NCBI GenBank assembly: GCA_045132055.1
Contig: JBGURP010000033.1
Coordinates: forward strand, 128,806-192,805
Direction: 5' to 3'
Length of the DNA: 64,000 nt
Source of the DNA: Bacteroidales bacterium
Lineage (GTDB): Bacteria; Bacteroidota; Bacteroidia; Bacteroidales; WCHB1-69
The notes under the pieces were generated by a model. It searched no databases, was not told the DNA's origin, and saw only the letters and a list, made by a program, of their open reading frames with translations. The position numbers and the translations under genes are program-made. Shown here piece after piece: positions 45,205 through 54,553 of the stretch (position 1 is its first letter; every line of letters begins with the position of its first letter).

Positions 45205-47192
45205 TGGCAGCGAAAACAATTCCTGAATTGGTAAAGGTGGATCCTTACCTGAAACCCTACGCGGCGGTGCTGCAAAAGCGCCACGAACGCGCGGTGTTGC
45301 GTGAACTGGAGTTTACTGATGGCAAGCGCACCCTCGCAGATGTGGCCAACGCGCATCTCTATTACGGATTGCACAAAACCCCGAACGGCTGGGTGTTCCG
45401 CGAGAAGGCCCCCAATGCCAAGAAACTATACATCTACGGCGATTTTTCCCGCTGGGAGATAAAGCCCGAGTTTGCCTTGCATCCCATCGGCAACGGCGAC
45501 TGGGAGATTGAACTGCCCGACTTTGCACTGAAACACGAGATGCTCTACAAACTCTGGATGGTTTGGCACGGCGGCGCCGACGAGCGCCTGCCTGCATACG
45601 CCACGCGCGTGGTGCAGGACGAAACCACCAAGGTGTTCTGCGCGCAGGTGTGGGAACCCGAACCGTATGTGTGGAAAAATGCAGGTCCCGGCAAGCCTGA
45701 TCATCCGTTGGTGTATGAGGCACATATCGGCATGTCTTCCCAAGAAGCGAAAATTTCAACCTATTGGGAATTTAAAGAGACTGTTTTGCCGCGTATCAAG
45801 AAGTTGGGTTACAACACGATACAGATGATGGCCATCCAGGAGCATCCCTATTACGGCTCCTTCGGCTATCAGGTCTCCAATTTCTTTGCGCCATCGTCCC
45901 GCTTCGGCACGCCGGAGGAATTGAAAGAGCTGATTGACGCGGCGCACGGGATGGGCATCTCGGTGATTCTGGATGTGGTGCACTCGCATTCCGTTTCCAA
46001 TGTGAAAGAGGGCCTCGGCCAGTTCGACGGCTCAGACCATCTCTATTTTCATCATGGAGAAAAGGGACAGCATCCCGTATGGGATTCCCGCTGTTTCGAT
46101 TACGGCAAGACGGAAACGATTCTGTACTTGCTTTCCAATTTGAAATACTGGCTGCAGGAATTCCATTTCGACGGTTTCCGTTTCGATGGCGTGACCAGCA
46201 TGTGCTATTGGAACCATGGTCTGGGCGTGGATTTTGTGGACTATGCCCAGTATTTTGACGACAATGTGGATGAAGATGCGGTGGTCTATCTCACCCTGGC
46301 CAATAATTTGGTTCGCGCCGTCAATCCTAAAGCTTTCACCATTGCGGAGGATGTGAGCGGTATGCCCGGCATGGCTTTCCCCACAAAAAAAGGTGGCATC
46401 GGCTTTGATTATCGCATGTCTATGGGTATTGCCGACTATTGGGTGAAGACGCTGAAGACGCTCTCCGACGAGCAGTGGGGGATGGGAGACATCTATTTCC
46501 GCATGACCGACAAGCGTAACGAGGAGCAGACCATCAGCTATGTGGAGTGCCACGATCAGGCGATGGTCGGGGACAAGACTTTGATTTTCAGGATGGTGGA
46601 TAGCAAGATGTACACCAATATGTCGGTGTTGACACCCGATTTGGATGTGGCGCGGGGTGTGGCCCTGCACAAGATGATCCGTTTGGTGACGCTCACGCTG
46701 GCCTCCGGAGGCTATCTCAACTTCATGGGCAATGAGTTCGGCCATCCCGAATGGATTGACTTTCCCCGCGAAGGCAACGGCTGGTCGTGCCAGTATGCCC
46801 GCCGACAGTGGAATCTGGCTGATGACAACCTGCTTCAATATGCCGGCCTCAACCGCTTTGACGAGGCCATGATCCATCTGGTGGAGAAAGAACATCTTTT
46901 GGATTTCCTGCCGGAGAAGGTGTGGGAGGATAATGACGCCAAAATATTGGCTTATCGCAGAGGCGAGTGCCTGTTTGTCTATAACTTCCATCCGTTCCAG
47001 TCGGTGGAAGATTATGAGATTCCCTGTGACAAGTCCAAATATAGCATTGTGTTGAACAGCGATTCGCCCGATTTCAATGGTTTTGGAAATGTGGATGAAA
47101 CGATGGAGTATCACGCAATGGATACGTCGGGAAGGCGTTGCCTGAAAATATATATGCCCTCAAGAACCGTGTTGGTGCTGAGGGCATTGTAA
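45204..47192 (+). CDS. glgB: 1,4-alpha-glucan branching enzyme (GH13, eukaryote-like type)
   Basis: GH13 conserved regions DVVHSH, FDGFRFDGVTSM, AEDVSG and YVECHDQ. The ATG shares one nucleotide with the upstream stop (TAATG). Confidence 0.9.
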   Translation: MAAKTIPELVKVDPYLKPYAAVLQKRHERAVLRELEFTDGKRTLADVANAHLYYGLHKTPNGWVFREKAPNAKKLYIYGDFSRWEIKPEFALHPIGNGDWEIELPDFALKHEMLYKLWMVWHGGADERLPAYATRVVQDETTKVFCAQVWEPEPYVWKNAGPGKPDHPLVYEAHIGMSSQEAKISTYWEFKETVLPRIKKLGYNTIQMMAIQEHPYYGSFGYQVSNFFAPSSRFGTPEELKELIDAAHGMGISVILDVVHSHSVSNVKEGLGQFDGSDHLYFHHGEKGQHPVWDSRCFDYGKTETILYLLSNLKYWLQEFHFDGFRFDGVTSMCYWNHGLGVDFVDYAQYFDDNVDEDAVVYLTLANNLVRAVNPKAFTIAEDVSGMPGMAFPTKKGGIGFDYRMSMGIADYWVKTLKTLSDEQWGMGDIYFRMTDKRNEEQTISYVECHDQAMVGDKTLIFRMVDSKMYTNMSVLTPDLDVARGVALHKMIRLVTLTLASGGYLNFMGNEFGHPEWIDFPREGNGWSCQYARRQWNLADDNLLQYAGLNRFDEAMIHLVEKEHLLDFLPEKVWEDNDAKILAYRRGECLFVYNFHPFQSVEDYEIPCDKSKYSIVLNSDSPDFNGFGNVDETMEYHAMDTSGRRCLKIYMPSRTVLVLRAL

Positions 47193-47229
47193 TCACTTGG
47201 TATCTGAATATTTGAAGGGTAGGGTGCAC

Positions 47230-47649
47230 TTACTTCTGCACCCTCACCTTGCTCTCCCTGTGCCAGTCCACGGTTTTGCCGAGGAATGAGGCGCCGAGGT
47301 AGCCGCGCATGTGTAAGGTGTTCTTGTCTGCAGACATGCGGATGAACGTGCTGTAGGTGCCGGGTTTGCCGGGATATTTCAGTTTGCCCTTCTTGTATTC
47401 TTTGGCTTCGGCATCATAAACCAGTTTGGTCATGAAAACCAATCCCAGTTGCGGTTTCTTTTTCGGGTTCTCCACCCAAACCACTTTAGCCTCGTAGGTG
47501 CCGTCAGCAGCCTTGTAAATCTCGCATTGCGATCCCTCTTTGGAGAACGGATCCACGGAGTGGAAAATACCGCAAATATCATCGGCCTTCTGCGCGAAAC
47601 CGGCCATCGCGAATGTACAAATCAGAATGGTAGTCAGTATCTTTTTCAT
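47230..47649 (-). CDS. DUF2147-family exported protein
   Basis: Signal peptide; ...GIFHSVDP...CEIYKAADGTYEAKVVW...LHMRGYLGASFLGKTVDWHRE. Confidence 0.75.
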   Translation of the reverse strand: MKKILTTILICTFAMAGFAQKADDICGIFHSVDPFSKEGSQCEIYKAADGTYEAKVVWVENPKKKPQLGLVFMTKLVYDAEAKEYKKGKLKYPGKPGTYSTFIRMSADKNTLHMRGYLGASFLGKTVDWHRESKVRVQK

Positions 47650-47664
47650 TACGTATGAATTTTT

Positions 47665-47727
47665 CTCTTCTCTCTAATCGATAATCGTTTATCTCTAATC
47701 TCTAATCTCTAAACTCTCAACTCTACT
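47665..47727 (-). repeat. nine tandem heptamers of the CTCTAAT family spanning the pepC stop
   Basis: Plus strand: CTCTTCT CTCTAAT CGATAAT CGTTTAT CTCTAAT CTCTAAT CTCTAAA CTCTCAA CTCTACT. The stop is at 47723-47725. Confidence 0.85.
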
Positions 47728-49129
47728 CCTCCGGTGCAAACAACGGATCCCAAGCGGGTAACATGATTGGTTTCTGGTCGAAAAGTTTAAGCGTCTGGGC
47801 GGGGATGTACTTGGATTCCACCACCAGACGGAACATGTACTCGTTGAACCATTCGTTGGTCATGATGAGGAAGCCGTTGTGGCCGTATTTGGAGCCCCAG
47901 CTGTTCTCCACCATCCATTTCAGCGGCTTGCCGTCCTTGTCCAAATCCACGGCGCAGAGGGTCATGGCGTGCGACGACATGCTGGCGTAGGAGGCGATGC
48001 GCTGTTTCTTGTCCATGTTGAAGGTGGTGCCAAACAGGGAACCGTAGTCGTAGTTGTTGACATCCAGATAACCCTTGTCGCGGTCGAGGAACTTGCCCAC
48101 ATCGCAGGAGAAGTACATATTGGTGCTGTCCTTGATGGAAGCGATGGCCATGTCGGCAATTTCGTTCATGGGCAGGTTGAGGAATCTCCAGTTATGTCCA
48201 TCGTAAACATGGCGGTCGTATTCAATTTCGTAAACCTTGTAGTATTCGCGGGTCGGGTCGTTCATCACCATGTAGAAAGTGCTGAAATCCACATTGGCGA
48301 ACTTCTGGGCGAAGCTTTTCGGGGTGTAGGTTTCGGTGCTCACTACCTCGCCTTTGGCGTTGCGCTGGGTCCAAGTGAACTCCGCGGGTGGCTCGCCATA
48401 CGCGAATACTAACATGCGGTAGATGGTCTGCAGCATCTCCATCTTCTTGTCTTGCAGCATTTTCTCGGTAGTACTCTTGTTGTTGGCCATGTCGCGCAAC
48501 TCCAACGCATCCTCGCGGAGTTTCAGCTTGATAAGCGAGGAGATGCGCGAAGTGTTGTTGCTGTTGTAGGTCTCAGGCATGGCGTCCTTGGGCATGATGC
48601 CGTATTTGGTGATGAGGTTGGCCACTCCGGTGAACTGTCCGCCGTCACTCAGCGGGTTCTGGAACAGCCACTTCACGGTTTCGTCCTCCATGGACTTGTC
48701 GCGATTGTCGAGGATGGCCTGCAAGAAGAGGTTAGACTTCTCCAACTGATCCCAGAAGAATGTGTAGCACTGGGAGAACTGGAAGTCGGAAGGCAGGTCA
48801 TATTGTTTGATAGCCTTGGCGCGAAGCACGTTCATGCCGGTGAACATCCAGCAGCGGCCAGATGACTCCTGGTCGGTTATGGCCTTGGAGGGCACCTCGT
48901 TGGAGAAGTGCGCATCGAAGGCGGTGCGGTTGTCGAAGTTCTTCGCCAGCTTGTTGATGTCGTTGGTGACAATGGCATTGCGGAGCGCCTTGTCGGCACC
49001 AGTGGCTTTGTAGGAGTTCTGTATGGTCTTGATTTGGTCAGCGGAGAGACCGCCGTTTTTGCTGACGGGTTGTGCACACAGCAGGCCGAAACAGCAGAGG
49101 CACAAGGTGATAAGGGATAGTTTTTTCAT
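47723..49129 (-). CDS. pepC: aminopeptidase C / bleomycin hydrolase-like C1 peptidase, exported
   Basis: QESSGRCWMFTGMNVLR active-site Cys region. Signal peptide from MKKLSLITLCLCCFGLLCA (ATG 49129). Confidence 0.9.
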   Translation of the reverse strand: MKKLSLITLCLCCFGLLCAQPVSKNGGLSADQIKTIQNSYKATGADKALRNAIVTNDINKLAKNFDNRTAFDAHFSNEVPSKAITDQESSGRCWMFTGMNVLRAKAIKQYDLPSDFQFSQCYTFFWDQLEKSNLFLQAILDNRDKSMEDETVKWLFQNPLSDGGQFTGVANLITKYGIMPKDAMPETYNSNNTSRISSLIKLKLREDALELRDMANNKSTTEKMLQDKKMEMLQTIYRMLVFAYGEPPAEFTWTQRNAKGEVVSTETYTPKSFAQKFANVDFSTFYMVMNDPTREYYKVYEIEYDRHVYDGHNWRFLNLPMNEIADMAIASIKDSTNMYFSCDVGKFLDRDKGYLDVNNYDYGSLFGTTFNMDKKQRIASYASMSSHAMTLCAVDLDKDGKPLKWMVENSWGSKYGHNGFLIMTNEWFNEYMFRLVVESKYIPAQTLKLFDQKPIMLPAWDPLFAPEE

Positions 49130-49191
49130 ATTCTCGGGATGTTTATTTTTCAAAAACAGGCTGCGAAAATACAAAAAAAACGCAAGCGGAT

Positions 49192-50637
49192 TTATTTCAT
49201 CTCTTCACACGCCACAATGCCGTCGCGGGTGGCGGTGATGCGGAAACCGCGGTATTCAGTCTCTTCTTCGTGGATGAACTGCAGCACGATGTGGATGATA
49301 TAGACCCGCAAGGTGGGCACCGATTCCAGCGTGCCGTTCTCCGTGAGCGTATCGACCTGCAGGGTAGGGTCGTCCATCTTGCGCGTGTATTGCTGGATGT
49401 GGAACCGCATGATGTCGTGGATGCCGTCGAAACGGTACTCGTATCGGTTGCGCAGGTTCCGGTTGTCAATCTGCACCTGCTTGCGGTACAGGATGGTGCG
49501 CTCCTGCTGCAGGGCGTTGTCGGCCTCCAGACTGTTCCGGTTGCGGATGGCCAGCACGCGCTCGGGCGTCTTGGCATCATTGATGAAATCCATGCCCTCC
49601 TTGATCCAGCCGATGTTCTCGTCTTTGAAATGCAGGGTGGTCTTGTGGTCGAAATACTTCGATTTGAGCCGGTGCACGAACAGGTTACGCGCAAAATCCT
49701 TGATGCGGTCTTTGAACATGTAGGCCACAATCAGGATGATGAAGATGAGGAACGGGTAGCTGCCTAAATACTTCTGGAATGGCCAGGCAATGAGTGTGGA
49801 CACCAACATGGCGAAACCGGCGGCAATGCTGAAGGTAATCTCCTTCATGGCGGCGCCGTCGTTGGTGGTGTCTTGCTTGAGATATAGAGCGCTCTCAACG
49901 TACTTTTTGAGCAGGCCATGCTTGTACACCAGATTGCGGTTGGCCACGTCATCGTGGGGCGTGATATGGCTGTAACCCATGCTCTCTTTGTAGGAAACCT
50001 CTTGCTTGATAAGCTGTTGGAGTTTGGGACGAGCGTTCCCGCAATCATTCTCCGGATGCGCATCCATGAATCTCAACAAACGGGCAGCCTGTATGCCGAT
50101 AAGATGACTCATGTATTCATCGCCATGCAACAAAACCGTGGGCACAAAATCATGGCCGGTATGTTCCCGAATCAACTGGCGGTATGCCTCGGTGATGCGG
50201 GTAACATCCTCCACGATTTCGATGAGTGCAGGTGTCGATATGTCAGCGGTGTTGGTTTTCAAGATTTCGTTGGTGGCATTGCGCAGGGCGCTCTTGAAGA
50301 TGGCGCAGAACATCTTGACCTCGTATTCCAGATCGTGGATGCTGTCGGGTTGTTTCCGATACTGGTCAAGGGCTTGTTTCACGTGTGCCAACGGAGACTT
50401 GTCACCAACCACCAAATCCGAAAGGGCAAAGTTGGGCGTGATGAGGCGGATGTTTGACTTCACATCGCGGTAAAACTGCTCTTTGCTGTATGTGGACGCA
50501 TTGATACCCAGATTATTCGGCACGAAAATCCAGGAGTTGACCTTGAAATTGCTCTCCGCGTCATGCTCACTCCCCGCGAATCCCACTTTGAATTCGATGG
50601 AGAACTGGTCGTGTATTTTGGTGGTGATGTTGATCAT
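49192..50637 (-). CDS. hypothetical membrane protein (481 aa), family not recognised
   Basis: Soluble N-terminal ~270 aa, two central TM helices (ITFSIAAGFAMLVSTLIAWPF, YPFLIFIILIVAYMF), and a soluble C-terminal ~170 aa. Confidence 0.6.
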   Translation of the reverse strand: MINITTKIHDQFSIEFKVGFAGSEHDAESNFKVNSWIFVPNNLGINASTYSKEQFYRDVKSNIRLITPNFALSDLVVGDKSPLAHVKQALDQYRKQPDSIHDLEYEVKMFCAIFKSALRNATNEILKTNTADISTPALIEIVEDVTRITEAYRQLIREHTGHDFVPTVLLHGDEYMSHLIGIQAARLLRFMDAHPENDCGNARPKLQQLIKQEVSYKESMGYSHITPHDDVANRNLVYKHGLLKKYVESALYLKQDTTNDGAAMKEITFSIAAGFAMLVSTLIAWPFQKYLGSYPFLIFIILIVAYMFKDRIKDFARNLFVHRLKSKYFDHKTTLHFKDENIGWIKEGMDFINDAKTPERVLAIRNRNSLEADNALQQERTILYRKQVQIDNRNLRNRYEYRFDGIHDIMRFHIQQYTRKMDDPTLQVDTLTENGTLESVPTLRVYIIHIVLQFIHEEETEYRGFRITATRDGIVACEEMK

Positions 50638-50769
50638 AAGATGGGGTGAATGAGGTACAAGGGGGTGAAAGAGGATTGTCTGTATAGACGTGGCATGCCG
50701 CGTCTTGATAACATTGAGAGTCCCGCGAGAATTGAGATTGCAAAGGTAGTATTTTTATGGTAATTTGTG

Positions 50770-50777
50770 TAATTTTG
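50770..50777 (+). promoter_or_regulatory. candidate -7 box (taattttg) for the GH29-GH3 gene
   Basis: 21 nt upstream of ATG 50798. Confidence 0.5.
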
Positions 50778-50797
50778 CATTTCCATAATTGAATGAT

Positions 50798-53700
50798 ATG
50801 AAAAAAATATACTGGCTTTTGTTACTCGTTGCGGTTTCCTTTTCTGCTTTTGCGCAGGATGCGGATGCTGCCAATCCCGATTTGGATCTTTCCGCCGCTT
50901 ACATTCCGCCCCGTGAGGCCGATGTGCGCGTGCATCTTGACCAGTGGCAGGACCTCAAGTTCGGCATGATCATCCACTGGGGTCTCTATGCCGTGCCCGG
51001 CATCGTGGAGTCGTGGTCGATATGCTCCGAGGATGAAGATTGGATTCCGCGCGACAGCACTATGGACTACAACGCTTACAAGCAGTGGTATTGGAATCTG
51101 AACAAGGAGTTCAATCCCAGACAGTTCAATCCGGATCAGTGGGCCGCTTGCGCTAAAAACGCCGGCATGAAATATGTGGTTTTTACCACCAAGCATCACG
51201 ACGGCTTTGCCATGTACGACACCAAGTACAGCGATTTTTCCATCGCCAAGGGGCCATTTGCCGATCATCCCAAAGCCGATGTGGCCAAGTATGTGTTTGA
51301 GGCGTTCCGCAAGCAGAATATGATGATTGGCGCATACTATTCCAAACCCGACTGGCATTCGCAAAATTATTGGTGGAGCCGCTATGCCACACCCGACCGC
51401 CATGTGAACTACACTATTGCCAACCATCCGCAGCGCTGGAATGATTTCAGGCAATTTGTTTATAATCAGATAAATGAGATCACATCCAATTATGGTAAAA
51501 TAGACATCCTGTGGCTGGATGGTGGCTGGGTGCGTGCTCCGAAGGAAGACATTGGCATGGATAACATCGCCAAGATGGCGCGCCGCAATCAACCCGGCCT
51601 CATCATCGTGGACCGCACCGTGACCGGCGAGTACGAGAACTACCGCACGCCCGAGAAGATGATTCCCGAGAAGCAGCTGCCGTACCCGTGGGAGACCTGC
51701 ATGCCGCTGAGCAAGGACTGGGGCTTTGTGCCCGGTGCCACATTCAAAACGCCAGAGACGATCATCCGCACGCTGGTTGAGGTGGTGGCCAAGGGCGGAA
51801 GTTTGCTGCTTGGCGTGGGACCCACCCCCGAAGGCATTATCGAGCCCGAGGTGGCGAAGATTCTGAATGAAATCGGCGTCTGGTTGAAAGCCAACGGCGA
51901 GGCCATCTACAACACACGCAATACGCCGGTGTATCACGATGGCAATGTCTGGTTTACGGCGGCGAAGGACAGGCTGACCACCTACGCCATTGTGTGCCCT
52001 GAAGGACCGATGCCGGCTACAGTGTCCTGGCACGGCAACCTGCCCGCAAAAGGCTCCAAGATGGTATTCGTGGCTGACCATTCCGTTGTCAAATACAAAC
52101 TCTCCGGCGACTCGGTCATCATCTCGGTGCCGAAATCTGTTCGGGCGAAAGGCAAACCCTTTGCCGTGGCGTTTCAGACGGCCTCCAACTTTTCCTACAA
52201 CGATTTGAACCGCAACGGAAAATGCGATCCGTATGAGAACCCGAACCTTACTGTCAATGAGAGAGTGGAAGATTTGCTCTCCAAGATGACCTTGGAAGAA
52301 AAAGTCGGCCAGCTTGCGATGACGATGGGGTGGGAGTATTATGAAAAGATTGGGAATCAATATGTTTTGACGGAGAAATTCAAAAAGGAACTCCGCGAGA
52401 AACACTTGGGCAGCACCTGGGCACTGATGCGCGCCGACCCATGGACGCAGAAGACCCTGCAAAACGGATTTACGCCAGAGGCTGCCTATAATTTGACCAA
52501 CGAGATGCAGCTATGGAATCGCCAGAATACCCGCTTGGGCATCCCTTTGTTGTTTGCCGAAGAAGCTCCGCACGGACACATGGCCATCGGCACCACGGTG
52601 CTACCCACCGCCATTGGCCGTGCCTCCACTTTTAACAAAAAGTTGGAGAATAGTTTGGGCTGGTTGGTGGCTAACGAAATTTATGCGCAGGGCGCACACA
52701 TTGCCTTCGGGCCTGTTCTCGACATAGTGCGCGACCCCCGCTGGTCGCGGGTGGAGGAGACCTACGGCGAAGACCCTGTCCTTACGGCAAAAATGGGATG
52801 CGAGTATGCAAGTGGACTACAATCGTATAACCCTCACCAGCGATATTTGCCAGGCGTCATTTCTACGCTGAAGCACTACACAGCCCACGGCATCTCCGAG
52901 GGTGGCCACAACGGCAACACCGCCCAGGTGGGCAAGCGTGAGCTGCTCTCCGTGCTCTCGTACCCCTTTATGATGGCCTTGCGGCAGTATGGCATCCAGT
53001 CGGTGATGACCGCCTACAACGATGTGGATGGAATTCCTTGTACGGGCAACAAATGGCTGCTCCACGATGTGCTGCGCAAGGAGTGGGGATTCCAGGGTCT
53101 GGTAATTTCCGACCTCTATGCCATCAATGGGTTAGTGAGTACCCCTATCGCTGCTGATTACTCCGAGGCCGCGGCTCTGGCCGTGAAGGCGGGTGTGGAC
53201 ATCGACCTCGGCGCCTCCTGCTATGGCGAGCCGCTGGTACAAGCGGTAAAGAATGGTTTGGTGACGGAAAGCCAGATCGATGAACTGGTGAAACATGTGC
53301 TGACTCAAAAGTTCCAGCTCGGCTTGTTTGATGCGACATTTGACAAACCCTATGTGCCTTTCGACAAGACATTGCACGACAGTCAGAATCTGAAGATGGC
53401 GCAAGAATCCATTATCTTGCTGAAGAATGATAATGAGACACTTCCGCTCTCCAAGGAGGTGAAAAAGGTGGCCGTTATCGGGCCCAATGCCGACAATGTC
53501 TATAATATGTTGGGCGATTACACTGCTCCGCAGGCAGAGGGCTCCGTGGTGACGGTGCTGCAAGGCATCCGCGAGAAGCTGTCCAACGCGCAGGTGGAGT
53601 ATGTGCAGGGGTGCCATATCCGTGACACCTCGTTGAACGACATCGCTCGCGCGGTGCGTGCCGCCGAAGGGGCTGATGTGGTGGTGGCGGTGCTGGGTGG

Positions 53701-54490
53701 CTCCAGCGCGCGCGATTTCCGCACGAACTACGAGCAGACGGGCGCCGCCAATGTGACCGGTCCCGCCGTCAGCGATATGGACGCGGGCGAGGGCTTCGAC
53801 CGTGCCGGCCTCGGCATGCTCGGCCGGCAGGAGGAGCTGTTGCAGGCGCTCTATAACACGGGCAAGCCCGTGGTGCTGGTGATGATCCAGGGCCGTCCGC
53901 TCGACCTCTCGTGGGCGGATGCGCATGTGCCTGCCATTCTCAACGCGTGGTATCCGGGCGCGCAGGGCGGCAGGGCCGTGGCCGGCATCCTCTTCGGCGA
54001 TGTGAACCCCTCCGGCAAGTTGCCCATCTCGTATCCGCGCTCCGTGGGCCAGCTGCCCGTCTATTACAACACCACGGAGGTGCGCCGCGACTACACCGAC
54101 GCACCTGCCAGCCCGCTCTATCCCTTCGGCCACGGACTGAGCTACACCACCTTCGAGTACTCCAACTTGCAGTCTGTCTGGAAAAACGACACCACCTTGG
54201 GGGTCTCCTTCCAGCTGACCAACACGGGTCAATACGACGGTGCCGAGGCTGTGCAGCTCTATATGCGCCACAACCAGTCCTCCGTCAAAACGCCGGAGCG
54301 CCAGCTGAAGGCCTTCGACAAGGTGTTCCTGAAGCAAGGGGAGATGAAAACCGTGACGATGACGCTTTCCAAGTCGGATTTCGCCATCCTGGACGCCGAT
54401 TTGCGCTGGGTGGTGGAGCCGGGCACAGTCACGCTAATGGTGGGGAGCTCGAGCCAGGATGTGAGGGGAGAGATAATAGTTGAGAGATAA
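50798..54490 (+). CDS. fusion: alpha-L-fucosidase (GH29) + beta-glucosidase-like GH3, exported
   Basis: Signal peptide. GH29 part: IIHWGLYAVPG, FTTKHHDGFAMYD. GH3 part from ~aa 480: DPRWSRVEETYGEDP, KHYTAHG, GLVISDLYA, plus a C-terminal FnIII-like domain. Confidence 0.88.
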   Translation: MKKIYWLLLLVAVSFSAFAQDADAANPDLDLSAAYIPPREADVRVHLDQWQDLKFGMIIHWGLYAVPGIVESWSICSEDEDWIPRDSTMDYNAYKQWYWNLNKEFNPRQFNPDQWAACAKNAGMKYVVFTTKHHDGFAMYDTKYSDFSIAKGPFADHPKADVAKYVFEAFRKQNMMIGAYYSKPDWHSQNYWWSRYATPDRHVNYTIANHPQRWNDFRQFVYNQINEITSNYGKIDILWLDGGWVRAPKEDIGMDNIAKMARRNQPGLIIVDRTVTGEYENYRTPEKMIPEKQLPYPWETCMPLSKDWGFVPGATFKTPETIIRTLVEVVAKGGSLLLGVGPTPEGIIEPEVAKILNEIGVWLKANGEAIYNTRNTPVYHDGNVWFTAAKDRLTTYAIVCPEGPMPATVSWHGNLPAKGSKMVFVADHSVVKYKLSGDSVIISVPKSVRAKGKPFAVAFQTASNFSYNDLNRNGKCDPYENPNLTVNERVEDLLSKMTLEEKVGQLAMTMGWEYYEKIGNQYVLTEKFKKELREKHLGSTWALMRADPWTQKTLQNGFTPEAAYNLTNEMQLWNRQNTRLGIPLLFAEEAPHGHMAIGTTVLPTAIGRASTFNKKLENSLGWLVANEIYAQGAHIAFGPVLDIVRDPRWSRVEETYGEDPVLTAKMGCEYASGLQSYNPHQRYLPGVISTLKHYTAHGISEGGHNGNTAQVGKRELLSVLSYPFMMALRQYGIQSVMTAYNDVDGIPCTGNKWLLHDVLRKEWGFQGLVISDLYAINGLVSTPIAADYSEAAALAVKAGVDIDLGASCYGEPLVQAVKNGLVTESQIDELVKHVLTQKFQLGLFDATFDKPYVPFDKTLHDSQNLKMAQESIILLKNDNETLPLSKEVKKVAVIGPNADNVYNMLGDYTAPQAEGSVVTVLQGIREKLSNAQVEYVQGCHIRDTSLNDIARAVRAAEGADVVVAVLGGSSARDFRTNYEQTGAANVTGPAVSDMDAGEGFDRAGLGMLGRQEELLQALYNTGKPVVLVMIQGRPLDLSWADAHVPAILNAWYPGAQGGRAVAGILFGDVNPSGKLPISYPRSVGQLPVYYNTTEVRRDYTDAPASPLYPFGHGLSYTTFEYSNLQSVWKNDTTLGVSFQLTNTGQYDGAEAVQLYMRHNQSSVKTPERQLKAFDKVFLKQGEMKTVTMTLSKSDFAILDADLRWVVEPGTVTLMVGSSSQDVRGEIIVER

Positions 54491-54528
54491 TAGTTTAGAG
54501 TAGAGAGATGATAGATTAGAGATTAGAG
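54468..54528 (+). repeat. tandem 7/14-mers of the GAGATTA family running from the last codons across the stop
   Basis: GAGAGATAATAGTT x2, then TAGAGTAGAGAGATGATAGATTAGAGATTAGAG. The stop TAA is at 54488-54490. Confidence 0.85.
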
Positions 54529-54553
54529 TGGGAACGTTTTGCTATCATCGTAA

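Noticed and set aside
47221-47244. Hairpin agggtgca-cttacttc-tgcaccct as the glgB terminator
   Set aside because: The 8-bp stem is real. But it contains the stop and last codons of the convergent DUF2147 gene and lacks a T-run on the glgB side, so I did not list it as a terminator feature.
47665-47727. Short-period arrays (also 22501, 27560, 36786, 39115, 43461, 54468) as CRISPR arrays
   Set aside because: The period is 7-9 nt with no spacers, no repeat of CRISPR length, and no cas genes in the window.
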